From positions 26,660,001-26,724,000 of the forward strand of contig OZ024762.1 of assembly GCA_964016885.1 (NCBI GenBank): DNA of 64,000 nucleotides, in the 5' to 3' direction. Below, one piece after another: positions 26,046 to 42,482 of the stretch. Below the pieces are notes generated by a model. The model was not told the origin of the DNA. It did no database searches and worked only from the letters and a program-made list of their open reading frames with translations. Made by a program: the position numbers and the translations under genes. The first letter of the stretch is position 1. Each line of letters starts with the position of its first letter. The stretch is from Eledone cirrhosa. Taxonomy: Eukaryota.

Positions 26046-27799
26046 ATGGATAACACAAAAAAGAGAGAGAGCGCTGTCAGACAACACAGAGAGAGGGAGA
26101 CTTTATCAGCATGTCAACAAGACAGCGTTCCAGCGGAGATAAATATAAACGAAAATATTACAATGGAAAAAAAGATTGTTACAGATTTAAAATTACCAAA
26201 TATTTCTAACACAAACAACACCAACAATAACACCAACAACATCACCAACAACACCAAAAATAACAGCGGTAAAGTCGAGAACGACAATAACAAAAATAAC
26301 AGCGGTAAGGTCGAGAACGACAATAACAAAAATAACAGCGGTAAGGTCGAGAACGACAATAACAATGACAATTACAACAGCCACAACAACAATAATAGTA
26401 GGAACAGTATCAACAAAAACAACAATAATAACAACAGCCACAATAACAGTAACAGCAGCAACAGTATCAACGAAAATAACACCAACAACTGTACCAGCGA
26501 AAAGAACAACAATGACACCGATACCTGTAATAGCGATCTCAGCACCACCAGTAAGACCAGTAGCGGCAGCAATAGTGGTGCTGCTCAAAAAGGGACCACT
26601 TCTTTTGCAGGTGTCGCCCGAAATATCGAGACAGTGTTAGTCACAGAGGAGGAGATGGCAGTCGCAAGGGCCATGGTGACAAGAAGCGCAAATAGAGTTT
26701 CCCAGAAACCTCCACCCGATTTTTTCAAGGACCAGCAGCTACGGACGGTGACTTACCGCACCGTAAGCAAAATCTCACATCGAGTGGAGAGAGCCACGGA
26801 GGCTCAAATCCAAAAGGCCTTGGAGTGCGTCTGGGCATGCAAAACCCACATCACCCGAAAGTACGCCACAGTAGACGTACTTTTCGCCACGCCCCAGGAA
26901 GTAAAGTCTCACTCTTTGGAAACCCTAAAGAGTGACGAGTTAGTCTTGGTGCCCTCCTACTGCGGCAAGAAATTTGTGAGGGTCAAACTGACCCAGGTCC
27001 CACTCGACGTGCCCATACCTTGGCTGGCCGCGTCTGTCCTTGCTGGAATTGAGAACAGGGCGACCATGCTGCAAGTAGAACAAATAGGGAGAGAGAACTG
27101 GTCAGGTATAGGCATGCAAATACTTATACAAACTGACCAGGAATGTATCGAGGCTATCCCCGATATCATAGACTTCGAGGAAGGACTCCAACTCCCTATA
27201 AGTGTAGAAGGAAGACGACCAAAATGTTATCTCTGTGGGTCGAAAGGTCACCTCAGGGCCTTTTGCCGCAGAAGACACCGAAGAGGGCCCCTCTCCTTCC
27301 AATACCTGGTCCGCTGCTACCAAGAGCAGGACAGGCAACAAACGAAGAAGCCCCTTCCACGGTGAGTAGGAGGGCAACGTCCGTAGCACCCGTACCAAGG
27401 CCACGGATAACTAAAGCAGCATCATCAGTAGCGGCAACACAAATAGCTACATTTGAAATGGCTACACCAGCAACAAAATTGCCGAAGAGGGCTCCACTAC
27501 CACCACCAACAGCCGTGGAGCACATACCCCTCCCAGACGCCACAGAAACAGACATGGATTTTGAGGCGGGAGTGACGTGGCAAACAGTCTGCCACAAAAA
27601 ACAAAAAACAAAAAACCCGTTAGATTCACCCTCCAAAAGCGAAGGCATACAAAGAGGGGTAAAGGCAGCAAGGAAACTTGCAGCAACACCACCACAAACA
27701 CGAACAACGCAAACACAACAAGACACACACACACCAAACAGCAACAAGAAGAAAACGGCAACAAAATCACCCCTCCCCCCAAAAAGTACACAGCCATAA
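26046..27799 (+). CDS. Tx1-type ORF1 (gag-like, CCHC zinc knuckle), frameshift near 27270
   Basis: ATG at 26046; Asn-rich N-terminus with 3x KNNSGKVENDNN; VEGRRPKCYLCGSKGHLRAFC; Pro/Thr-rich tail continues in the frame of 27143-27799. Confidence 0.8.
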
Positions 27800-28097
27800 T
27801 CATAGCAAAAAAAGAACTCATGAAATATATAAAGCAACACACAGACATCACGGAAAAAAACTATTACACTCCACCAACACCAAGAACTCTCCCGACAAAG
27901 ATAAGCATCATCGAAATCTCATTAGAACAATACAAACCTTTAAAACAAAAATTCCCCAACGCAGTTGGGGACTTCAGAGGATATACACTGACATCCTCTT
28001 GGAAACACCCATGACCAGCGAAAGGGATGGTTCTACTGTCCCTTCACCACGAACAAGGTAAGTGACCCTTTCTCATTTGCCCCGTTTCTCATCCAAC

Positions 28098-30474
28098 ATG
28101 GCTGTACTCAGAATAGGCAGTATAAATGCATGTGGCCTGGGATCATCTTGGAAGAGGGTCACCTGCTCAATGACCTCAGGTCACTAAACATAGATGTGGT
28201 GGCCATCAGTGAGACCAGAATCTCCGAGGCAGTGGCCTTCGCACCGATCTTCAGCGGCTACGATGTATACGCATCTCCCAGCCGTCCAGGATCGGGTGGT
28301 GGGGTTGCCTTCCTTTTTCGGAGAGGCTTGGAACTCACGATACGGGCCATCTTCCTGGATCCAGAAGGCAAGTCGGTGGTGCTGGACGTGACCGGCAGCG
28401 AAGGCAATGCTTTCAAGCTAGTGGCCGTCTACGCCCCAACAGGGGCAGGACGGCCAGATTTCTTCAGACGTCTAGAGACCTTTCTTGGAACGTCCCGATC
28501 TTTAGTGTTAGTGGGCGACGGGAACGGTATCTTAGATGCACGCTGGGATCGTGTGGGGATTATTGGATAGGGGAGGAGAGTGCAAGAGCCTCACCAACCT
28601 GCTCAGACGTTTTGAACTGTCTGACAGGTATCGACTGGATCACCCGAATGTGCCAATGTGGACATGGACAAACCGCATCGGGTCATCCAGATCGTATCTA
28701 GATAGGGTATTCTGCAGGGAACTAGATAAGGCTAGTATAAGTTGTCCACAATTTAAAATAGTCGACTACACAGACCACAAATTTGTGATCTGTGAGATCG
28801 ACATAGACAGACTTCATAGACAAGGGCCTGGTTACTGGAAGCTGAACGCGTCTTTCCCGGCGCGCAAGGCCTACAGAGACCGGATTAGTGTATTAGTTAA
28901 GCGGGCGTTGACGGGAGCGGTCGTCAACAACAGGTGGTGGTTCGCCCTGAAAAGGGCAATTAAAGTAGAGTCGATTAGGTTTAGCAAAGGAGTAGTGATA
29001 GAGGAAAATAGAGTAGAGGGAGAGCTAGTCAGAAAGCTAGAAGAGGCGTTTAGGACAGGCATCGCAACCGACGTGCTTGCGGCGAGATTGGCACTCGACC
29101 AATTCTTCAACGCAAAACACGAAGGCTGCGTTGTCAGAGCTAGAGCGCGTGCTCTGAAACACGAGGGGACAAAAGCCGTCCAATGGGCCCGGGTGGCAGA
29201 GGCGCGACGTGGCATCAAAGCCACAATTCGGTCTTTGCCTGACCAAAACGGGTGCCTGATGCTCGAACCCGAGCCGATGTGTGAAGCTTTTCAGCAGCAC
29301 TTTGCTGAACTGTTCGGGAGCGGCGGAGGCCTGGATTGGGGCATGGACTTCAGTGCATACCTCGACGGACTGCCTCGGCTCTCGACGACCGCAGCACAGT
29401 GTTGCGAAAAGCCAATAACAGCCGGTGAAATACGGGAAGCGATGGCTAACTGCACAAGAGGTAAATCGCCAGGTTTAGATAGTCTGCCCTACGAGCTTTA
29501 TGCATTTATGCCAGACTTGTTCGGTGACCTCTTGGCAGACGTCTACTGCAACTGGCAGCAGAACGGGACCTACCCAGTTTTGTGAGCCGGGGAGCAGTGG
29601 CGCTGCTGAGAAAAGACCCGAACAAGGGGTTGTTATTGATAATTTCAGGCCCATAACACTGCTAAACGCAGAGTTCAAGATTTTGGCCAAGGTGTTAGCA
29701 ACGAGGTTGGCGCTTGTCGTCAAGGGTCTGGTGGGAGAGGCGCAGACATGCGCCATTCCGGACAGATCCATACACGACAACCTCCACCTCATGAGATACA
29801 TCATAGAGAGGGTGGTTAAGGAACCTGGCAAGGGTGGGGCGCTGTTCAACTTTGATCAATCCAAAGCATTCGATAGGGTCGACCATCGGTACCTGGCGGC
29901 GGTCCTCGAGGCAGCCGGTTTCGGGCCCGTTTTCAGGGGTTGGATCGCAGCAATGTACAGCGACATCTGCTCAGTTGTGAGGGTGAACGGTCACCTGTCG
30001 CAGCCGTTCAGCATCATGCGCTCAGTCCGCCAGGGTTGTCCCCTCTCGTCCCTCTTGTACGTATTGGCTCTCGAGCCGTTATGCACAATCTGGGGGCGAT
30101 GAGGGGCGAACTAGGATGCGGGAAATCCGAGTCGGCTTATGCTGACGACGTCATCGTGGTGGTGTCGAGCACCAGACACGTCCAGATGCTCGGCACCGCT
30201 CTCAAGGAATACGAAACGGTGACAGGAGCAAAGATAAACCAGGAAAAGTCGGTGGGCTTGCAGCTAGGCACCTGGAGAGGCAAGTCCATGCCGTACGTCA
30301 GCGTCGTGTCGCGTTGGACGGACGGACCGGTAAATTGCTCGGGGTCTGGTTCGGACCAAACCTCCAGATGGAGAAAAACTGGAACGAGGTGACGAGCAGG
30401 GTGGCGTCCCTCACCCAGAAATGGGCTGAGAGGAAGCTGTCCCTGAAAGGCCGGGCGGAAGTGGCGAATGCGTG
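28098..30474 (+). pseudogene. Tx1-type ORF2 (APE endonuclease + reverse transcriptase), frameshifted
   Basis: MAVLRIGSINACGL, ISET, GGVA, VYAP, VGD, YLDRVF, TDH, GYWKLN, KSPGLD, FRPITLLN, DQSKAFDRVDH, VRQGCPLS, YADD. Confidence 0.92.
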
Positions 30475-31850
30475 TGCCTGTTCACTAATCTCCTTCTGTA
30501 CTGTCTCAATCCACACTGCCTGGTCATTGTGTTTAACATCCTGCTCCCATATTCCTCTCCAGAATGTTTCATTTTGTTCCGCCTCAGGGATCAAGTCGTT
30601 GCCTCTTTATTTCCCTTCAAGCTGTCCAAACAGCATCTTCTGGTTGTGTGCAAACATGCGGTTCTTTCTATACTGACTGACTCTGCTCTCGTATCGCTTA
30701 ATTTTTGCACTCTTTGCTACAATGCGTTGCTTCAGTTCCTCTATGATAATATTTAGCTTTTTCCTCCTAGTTTTGTACTTTATTTCCAGTCTATTTTTAG
30801 TGTCTATTTTTTTTTAGTGTCCCATTCAGTAGGGACTCAAGCTTTCCAATGTCATTTCTCATTGCCCTGATTTGACCACTCAGTCGTTTCTTCCACCAAG
30901 GCTCTGATCTTTCTTGTTTGTTGTTTCCTCTCGCTTTTATACCAAGTAATTTCCTCACCGTATTTGCTGTTGCTTTGAGGATATTGTTGCACTGGTGAAG
31001 GCTCCTCGCCTCAAGGTATAGGATGACTTTGTTTACTTTAGCTGTTGTTTCTTTTAACTTTTTCCTGTCTACAAATCTTAGGTTCATAGGTTTCCCACTA
31101 TCATTGTTCAATTCATCTACCACTAAGTTTAGGATATCAACCAAATCTTGTCCTAGCCGTCAGCATTCATCTCCCCAATGGCCGTATCTCTGTTCTAGGT
31201 ATTATTTATTTCAGCATTCAGATCATTGTCTGCTTCGGATAGTTCCCCCGTTCTCTCGACCTCTTCACCTTCATTTCCCATTGGCTCGTTTGCCTGGCAT
31301 ACTCCACTCTCCATTTCCAAGCTAATCTCTCTGCTCAGTTCCTCCAGTTCCAGCTCGCTTATCCACACATTAGTTCTTATTACCCGAACCTGCCCGGCCA
31401 ATTTTTGTTCATCTAATTTAAATAGACCAATATCGTTCCAGATGTTATGTATCCGTTTCCTATAGCCTTTCTCCTTGGGGTTACTCTTCAGGTAACATTG
31501 CATAACAGTTCTATTCAATTCTTTCGTCAAGTTGGTTCTGGTCCCTTTCCTTCTTCTTCCTCCGACACCAGCAGTATTTGGTTGACAGCCAGATCCCTGC
31601 TGCTGAGCTAGGGAGCACCTGTTGGGTGAGAGTCTGTCACATGACATTCTAGTCTCCACTTCACCGTTATTCGAACAGTTTAGGTTCGACATTTAAACAC
31701 TCTTATCGAGGATTGGCGAATGTATGATTACATAACCACCGGTGATTTCATCACCTCCGGTGATTTCGTCACTCCCGGTGATTTTTGTGTGGCAATATCA
31801 CGCTGTAGACGAACATAAATAAACAATCATACAAACAGGCAAAAAAAATT
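30475..31850 (-). pseudogene. R4/Dong-type retrotransposon 5' part (N-terminal ORF, ATG at 31692), 3'-truncated
   Basis: TKELNRTVMQCYLKSNP..GYRKRIHNIW..EQKLAGQVRVI..W.SELELE, PWWKKRL, FWRGIWE; 5' end abuts (TAA)n. Confidence 0.85.
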
Positions 31851-31857
31851 ATTATTA

Positions 31858-31898
<41 letters not shown>

Positions 31899-31916
31899 GT
31901 TATTATCGCTAATTAT

Positions 31917-32204
31917 TTACTGGTTTGAATTAAGAATTTTGCTATTAATTTGTGCAATATTTTGAGAAATATTCATAATTGTCGCGTAAGAAAGTTTAAC
32001 TGTGTGTCTATTGAAGATAGAGTAATACTTATGTGATCTAGGGAACCATTTATCTAAGGCTTTAAAAAATAAATGTGCTAAAGGTGTTTTATTAGCTAAA
32101 AACGCTGGTGGGGCATACCAAATAATAGATCTAGTTCTAAACTTTTTCTTCGATTTATTCTCCAAATTGTTGTTTTTATTTGTATTTTTAGCGTCAGTTT
32201 TATT

Positions 32205-32239
<35 letters not shown>

Positions 32240-32730
32240 GAATATTGCGTTTATAATTACTATTATTTTTATCTACATATTCGATATTATTTTTATATCC
32301 TGCTTTATGTAACGCTTCATTATCCAGCATTAGTATTAAAAATGGATTTGTTAGCAGATAATCTATTATACGTTGCATTTTTAACAATTTTAGGATGATT
32401 AGAATAAAAACTAATATAATTTAGGTTTTCATTGGGTTTATGGAAAGGGTAATATAGGCCTGAGTTTAAATTAAGGGTTATGTCTAAGAAGTTAACTATT
32501 ATATTGTTATTTTTTACTTGTAATTTAAGGTCGTAATTTTTAAAGAATTCTACAATTAGTTTCTTTACTCTATTTAATTCACTATTATTATGTTTAACTA
32601 CAGTAAATAATATGTCATCACTATATAAACCACAGGTAATCTCCGGCCGTTTTCTATTTACCATATTAAGGATGAAAATTCCCACAAGATCAGTAACTTG
32701 CGCGGAATCGGACGAGCCCATAGTAATCAA
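31917..32730 (-). pseudogene. Naiad RT/thumb fragment
   Basis: ITMGSSDSAQVTDLVG, GLYSDDIL, FLDITLNL, SNHP, IIWYAPP, IFNRHTVKLSY. Confidence 0.88.
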
Positions 32731-32837
32731 TGAACCTTATTAACATTTGATCATATTTAGCTCCCAGAAGGTAGAGCGCTTCTTCTGCAATAGATTATCA
32801 ATTAATAAATGATGGAATTCTTTATATATATATATAT

Positions 32838-35983
<3,146 letters not shown>

Positions 35984-38028
35984 GGTCGTTAATTACCTCG
36001 ACGTTACCCTCAATTTATTGAATGGGTTGTATTACCCGTATAGAAAGCCGAATGATACACTTAATTACATAAGTAAGCATTCCAACCATCCTGCCAGCAT
36101 AAACAAGAACCTGGTAAGAAACGTTTCGTTGAGGCTTTCCCGTCTTTCCACCAACGAACGTATTTTCAACGACCATTCCACTTATTACAATGAAGCTCTT
36201 GCTCGAAGTGGATTTGTCGATAAGGTAGCATATACAGAGTACGAAAATAGACCTAGAAGAAATAGATCCCGTCGCATTTGTTGGTATAACCCGCCATATA
36301 ATATGGAGGTGGCCACACCATTAGCTAAGATCTTTCTTTCCCTTATTACGAAGCACTTTCCCCCTACACATAAACATAGTAAAATTTTTAATAGAAATAC
36401 TATTAAAATTTCTTACTCTACGACTCCTAACCTTGCACATAACATCACAGCTTCAAATTTAGCTAAACTACCTAGCCGTAGGAACACGTGCAACCCTGTA
36501 GTTAGTACTAACTGTAATTGTAGGAATCGGGCTGATTGCCCCCTATCCGGGAAATGCCTCTCTAGTAACATTGTCTACAAATGTAAGGTTGTAACACCCA
36601 CTTCCCGTAGGGCCTACATAGGGTTAACCGCCAATGGTTTCAAGCAGCGTCTTTACATGCATACCCATTCTTTTCGTTACCCTCTAAGAAGGAATATGAC
36701 GTCACTTTCAGCTTAAATCTGGAGTCTAAAAGACAACCACACCCAATATAAGTTACACTGGGAGATCCTAGCTAGGGCTAGATCGTATAACGGAAATAAA
36801 AGACCATGTGACCTCTGCGCTGCTGCGGCCCTGGAAATTCTCTACGCCACAGACCACATCTTAAACAAAGAATCTGAGGCAAGTTCGGCTTGTAAACATA
36901 AATTGCACAAAACTTTCCTGTATTACAGCCCCACGTTATACCCTAACGGATAGTACGATCTATACGTGAATATTTTACGTCTTGATGTGGGAGCTAAGTA
37001 TATGTTTTGTTTATTCCTTTACTTATTTGCATAGGTAAGTATATATTACCCGTATGTTTTGTGAAGGTACGTATACCTTCTCGTACGTTTATTTGATTGT
37101 AATTTTTCATATATTCTGGTACATAGGGTTTGGCTATGTGAATACGGGAGTTTTGCGTCTGTGTGAGTATGCAGGTTCGTACGTATGGTGGGTGTGTGTA
37201 TATGTGTATTTCTTGTTTTAGTTGACTTACGTCTCCGAACATTCGTGTATTTATATGTAGGTATGTGTGTGCGCTTGTTATATACGTATGTATTTATTTA
37301 TATACGTTTATATAATTATTTATTTGTATACACGCATACACACACACACATATTTATATGTTCGTGGTTTTGTATACCTATGGTAAGGTTTTGCGTATGC
37401 TTGTGTATGCACGTATTTGTTTACATGTATGTATTTATTTATTTCTATTTCTTCTGTATTGTATTTATTTACTTTGTTCTTAACTCTGTAGCGGAGATTC
37501 ATTTGGTCTCCTAGTTAGAATTTTAGTCTACGACTTCTGCTATACCATTTACGTGATTTTGTCTTTGCGTGCTATTGTTCTCCACGCTCCACATTCACGT
37601 ATTATCTTCGTTTTTTCGTTCATTGCCAGAGAACGTCTCTATGCACCACCTAAGAGAACATTAGTCTACGACCTCTTTTATGCCATAAACGTGGTTCTGT
37701 CTTTGCGTGTAATTGTTTTTCACCCCTCCTATTAATGACGTATTATTCGTTTTTCCCCGTTCTTTGCCAGCGAACGTCTCCACGAACCAAAGTATTGTCT
37801 TCATGTCTTCCTCCAGTTGCAACGTTTTTTGAAATATCCAGTTCTGCGTTTACAGATTGAATTTGTTAGTTTCAGAAGATACCGTTAAGGGTGAAAGCAG
37901 CGATTCTCTGCTTAAACTTTAATCTGTTATTTTAATAAATATTTGCTCTACGGTTCTTATATATTTGATATATATCTATCCTTATCGAGCCCTCTTTGGA
38001 TTTTAGTCTTCAAATTTATTATCATTAC

Positions 38029-38030
<2 letters not shown>
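35984..38030 (+). mobile_element. 5'-truncated Naiad, same family as 16960-20030 (ORF 36018-36953 with one internal TAA)
   Basis: Near-identical protein and 3'UTR; ends ggattttagtcttcaaatttattatcattac(TA)n. Confidence 0.92.
37868..37918 (+). ncRNA. Hammerhead-like ribozyme, variant core CAGAAGA
   Basis: agttt-CAGAAGA-taccgttaagggt-GAAA-gcag cgattct ctgc-TT-aaact. Confidence 0.7.
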
Positions 38031-38125
<95 letters not shown>

Positions 38126-38338
38126 CGTTTCTGAATTTGTTTAGCAAGATTCTTTATCTGAAATCGTGTGTTGAAACCGATATTGTTATACTTTGGGAGG
38201 GTCGTGTTGCCAATAAGAAACACACGCACCAGTTGCTTTCACTTCAATTTAATTTAATATATATTTATAAATTTACAAATTTATAAATTTCTGGTTGGTT
38301 GGTTGGTTCCACAACCAGATAGTTGTTTATATATATAT

Positions 38339-38383
38339 AGTCATAGTTCTTTCGTCACACACTCTGTGACCTCTTCAGTGACT
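38339..38383 (-). ncRNA. Minimal hammerhead-like motif in PLE pLTR
   Basis: agtca-CTGAAGA-g gtcac agagtgt gtgac-GAAA-gaa-CTA-tgact. Confidence 0.7.
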
Positions 38384-38680
38384 GGGGATTTCTTTCTTCG
38401 TTTCTGTGCCTTTCCTTTCTTCTATCCTACGCCATTTTGTTTGTGTGTGGGTTGCGTGCTCAGTTTGCGCATGCGCCACATCCGGGTGTCTGTGTGTGTT
38501 TGTGTTCATTTTTCTATTTTTCTATTTATATTTGTTTGTTTATTTATTTATTTATTGTTGGTTGGTTGTTTGTTCTATGTGTGTGTGTGTTTTCATTTTG
38601 TCTTGTGTGTGTTTTCATTTTGTGTGTGTTTTCAATTGTAAGTTGTTTGTTCTATGTGTGTGTGTGTTTTCATTTTGTCC

Positions 38681-41600
38681 TTAATTGTAAGTTGTGATGT
38701 TGCTGTTCCACTCATATTTTCTATTTAATTTTGGTTTTAATTCTTTTATGCTTACTGCCTCTGTAATTTGCCTAAACATTGCGTCTTTCTTGTGTGTGGA
38801 TTCTATTTTTATTTCTATGCTCTCTAATTTACCCCTGTGTTCTATCTTAGCATGTTGGTAGAGCACAGATGATTCTTTACTATCTTGGAGGTCTCGCCAG
38901 TGTTCATTTATTCGTTCCCCTATACTACGAGCTGTCTCACCGATGTACACTATATTTTTGTTTCTACATTGTCCTTCAGTACATCTTATGCTATATACTA
39001 CATTTCTAGTTTTACAGTTAATATGGGGGCTTATTTTACAGGTTATACATTTCTTATCTATACATGAGGGTCTTTGGAACGGGTATGTCTTGCTAATAAG
39101 TGTTTTTACGGAGGTACCAGGTCTTTCTACTATCTTAATATTGAGATTATGTTTCTTTAGGGCCCTTCTAAATTTGTAGGCTAGTTCGCCTCTAGGGGTT
39201 GTATTGATGAACATTACACTCTGGTATTTATTGCTATCATACCATGAGTTTATTCTATTGGCCTTGTTCTTAGTTCTTTCTATTCTATTCCAAAATTTGC
39301 TCCTATACAAGGGGCAGGTCCCATTTATGTCATTATTTACCATTTTTTCCCATTTGGTTCTGGCTCCTTTATACACTCTGATTCTATCTCTCTGATTGTA
39401 GCCAGAGAACTGCATACGGTGGATGAAGTGTTGTATGTGTCTCTCTAGTTCTTCGGGGTTGCACATGCGGGACACATTTCTCATCACCCGTATCAAATCC
39501 GCAATCAGTATGTTGATTTTGGTATGGTCCGAAATGGCCGAGTTTCGGTGGATCAGATGTTTGGAAGTCATGGGTTTGGCATAATGGGAATGGAGGATTT
39601 GTTTTTGGTTGTTAATAGTATCTAACCAGAGCTCTGTGTCTAGTACAGGTAATCGATGGTTGGGGTGTCTACTTGGGTAGTCTATAGTAACTCTAATGCT
39701 CTGGTGGATGGAGTTTGCTATTTGCTGGATGCTTTCCATTGTGTTTTTCTCTGGTTCCTGACTGTTCTTTAGTGGGGGTGTCTTAACTACGATGTTTATA
39801 TCATCTACGTAGCGGGAGTACATTATCAGGGTTAAGCTGTCTTCTAATTGTTCTTTAAGTTTTTTTTTAAGTCTACTGTCCCACCATACCATGAACAAGT
39901 TAGCTATGTCGCCTGCAATGCTAACACCAATGGCTGCTCCTTCCTCTTGGGCATATGTTTTACCATTAAATTTGAACATATGTTCCTTAAGGGTTAATTT
40001 TATGCTGGCCCCTACCGCATGTGCAATCATTTTCTTCAGTTCATCGTGGTTTTCGGGTGTCCGTATGGCTCTGGTCCACCCGTTCCATCTATCTGTGTGG
40101 GTTTTCTTGGCCATTGAGGTAATGGTAGGTGGTCTGCCTCTTGCTGGTCTTGTAGGGCACAGGTTGCTAAGGTCATAAGTGTCTAGGTAACTATTACTAT
40201 GGGTAAGCTTAAGTAGAAGTCCCAGCTCACTGGTATCAATCCCACGGAACTCAACCTTGCTCTCGCTGATCATTTCGACGCATTTCTCCACAGCAAAATC
40301 CACGTCAATAGATGGATACAGGGACACAACATCCATACTGCCTATTATGCAGTTTGTTAGGTCCCCAGATCGGTTACCCGCGCCGATTCTGCTGAGGAGG
40401 TCCTCCGTGCTGTCACACACATCTGGGGACATCTCAATGATGGGGCGTATGATCAGGGAGAGGAAGTAGGACAGTCTGTAGTTACTAGCAATGTTAGCCC
40501 CACAGACTGGCCGTGTTGGTGGTCCCGCGACAGGGTCCCAGCCCGTTTTATGGTCTTTTCGAAGCCCATACAACGCCGGCACGTCATTGTTCCAGGCCTG
40601 GAAGTTGTTGGCAGTCCTTTTGTTGGGCTGCATTATATTTGTCCACATCACCATATGGGCATTGAGGGTTTTTTCTCTATCCTCATGCTCCTGTGGTGTT
40701 ACCTCTCTTGTGTTAGTGATGTGGGGTTGCATTGCCTGGATGTAGTTTGGCAGGCTGTCAACCGACATTCTGCCAGACTTGTCTGTTGGAAAGCATGCTA
40801 TCTCTCCATTACGCGAGCGCTGCATGAGCTTACGCAAGCCATTTGCAGATTCTTCTCCCAGTTGCTGGGCCTCTATTCTATTATGCTTCTTGCTATACTG
40901 TTCTATAATATTTCTAAGTTCGGATTTAGCTATACTAAATTGTGCTTCTGTTTGTTCATCGACCTGCGACGGCAACTGCGTGCGTTTGTTAAATGGCAAA
41001 GTCGTGGCGTGGACTCGTCGTAGGTCGAATGATTTATCGGAGGGGTTATAAAACGGAGAGTTCCAGGCTGCTGCTTTATGTGTACTAGTGCTATTGTTAG
41101 TTGTGTTGTTTCTATTTCCACCAACAGCAGCAGCCTCAGCTTCATGGTTGTTTCTATGTCTCTCATAATTACTCCTGTCTCTTTCCACTGGCTCAATGTT
41201 GTTATCTACCCTATTTTGTGTGTCTGTGTGTTCGTCTTGGTTATTCTCTTTGTCCTTAGTCTCCCTACTCCTTTTAATCCTATTAGTTTCTCTTATTTCT
41301 CTGATTTCTGTGCTACTGTCATTACTTGTTTTCTGTGTCTGTGTGTTTGTTAAGATTGTAGTGGTGGTGAGAGGCATTGAATGTGTGTGTGTTGTTGTTG
41401 TTGATGTGTGTTGTTGTTGATGTGTGTTGTTGTCTCCGTGTGTGTGTGTGTTATCGTTGTTGTGTGTGTTGTTATTGTTGTTTGTGTTTGCGTGTCTGTT
41501 GTTGTTGTATCTGGGTATGTTGCTGTTGTTGTTGTTGTTGATGTGTGTGTTGTTGTTATTGTTGTCTCCGTGTGTGTTGTTATTGTTGTTTGTGTCTGCG

Positions 41601-41712
41601 TGTCTGTTGTATCTGGGTATGTTGCTATTGTTGGTGTTGTATCTGGGTATGTTGCTATTGTTGGTGTTGTATCTGGGTATGTTGCTATTGTTGTTGTTAT
41701 TGTTGTTTGTGT
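38681..41712 (-). CDS. Uninterrupted PLE RT + GIY-YIG ORF (first genuine in-frame Met at ~41377)
   Basis: PTDKSG, LYGLRKDHK, PPTRPV, SMDVVSLYPSI, EGAAIG, YSRYVDDI, LPVLD, C-x4-C-x2-C linker, NVVYSIRC..YIGETARSIGERINEH. The first ~25 aa of the ORF-track call are antisense of the inverted arm. Confidence 0.93.
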
Positions 41713-42286
41713 AAATATAGTGTACATAGGTGAGACAGCTCGTAGTATAGGGGAACGAATAAATGAACACTGGCGAGACCTCCAAGATAGTAAAGAATCA
41801 TCTGTGCTCTACCAACATGCTAAGATAGAACACAGGGGTAAATTAGAGAGCATAGAAATAAAAATAGAATCCACACACAAGAAAGACGCAATGTTTAGGC
41901 AAATTACAGAGGCAGTAAGCATAAAAGAATTAAAACCAAAATTAAATAGAAAATATGAGTGGAACAGCAACATCACAACTTACAATTAAGGACAAAATGA
42001 AAACACACACACACATAGAACAAACAACTTACAATTGAAAACACACACAAAATGAAAACACACACAAGACAAAATGAAAACACACACACACATAGAACAA
42101 ACAACCAACCAACAATAAATAAATAAATAAATAAACAAATATAAATAGAAAAATAGAAAAATGAACACAAACACACACAGACACCCGGATGTGGCGCATG
42201 CGCAAACTGAGCACGCAACCCACACACAAACAAAATGGCGTAGGATAGAAGAAAGGAAAGGCACAGAAACGAAGAAAGAAATCCCC

Positions 42287-42331
42287 AGTTACTGAAGAGG
42301 TCACAGAGTGTGTGACGAAAGAACTATGACT
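42287..42331 (+). ncRNA. Minimal hammerhead-like motif in the inverted pLTR
   Basis: agtta-CTGAAGA-ggtcac agagtgt gtgac-GAAA-gaa-CTA-tgact. Confidence 0.7.
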
Positions 42332-42482
42332 ATATATATATAAACAACTATCTGGTTGTGGAACCAACCAACCAACCAGAAATTCATAAATTTGTAAATT
42401 TATAAATATATATTAAATTAAATTGAAGTGAAAGCAACTGGTGCGTGTGTTTCTTATTGGCAACATGACCCTCCCAAAGTAT

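Larger units (their letters stand above)
25975..30474 (+). mobile_element. L1/Tx1-clade LINE, 5'-intact and 3'-truncated, degenerate
   Basis: ORF1 with CCHC knuckle followed by APE-RT ORF2 with several frameshifts. Confidence 0.92.

Noticed and set aside
26114-27851. Antisense and alternative-frame ORFs over Tx1 ORF1
   Set aside because: Shadows of low-complexity AAC-rich coding sequence.
41713-41785. N-terminus MEVSPVFIYSF... of the 1034-aa ORF
   Set aside because: Antisense read of the inverted GIY-YIG copy, not part of the real protein.
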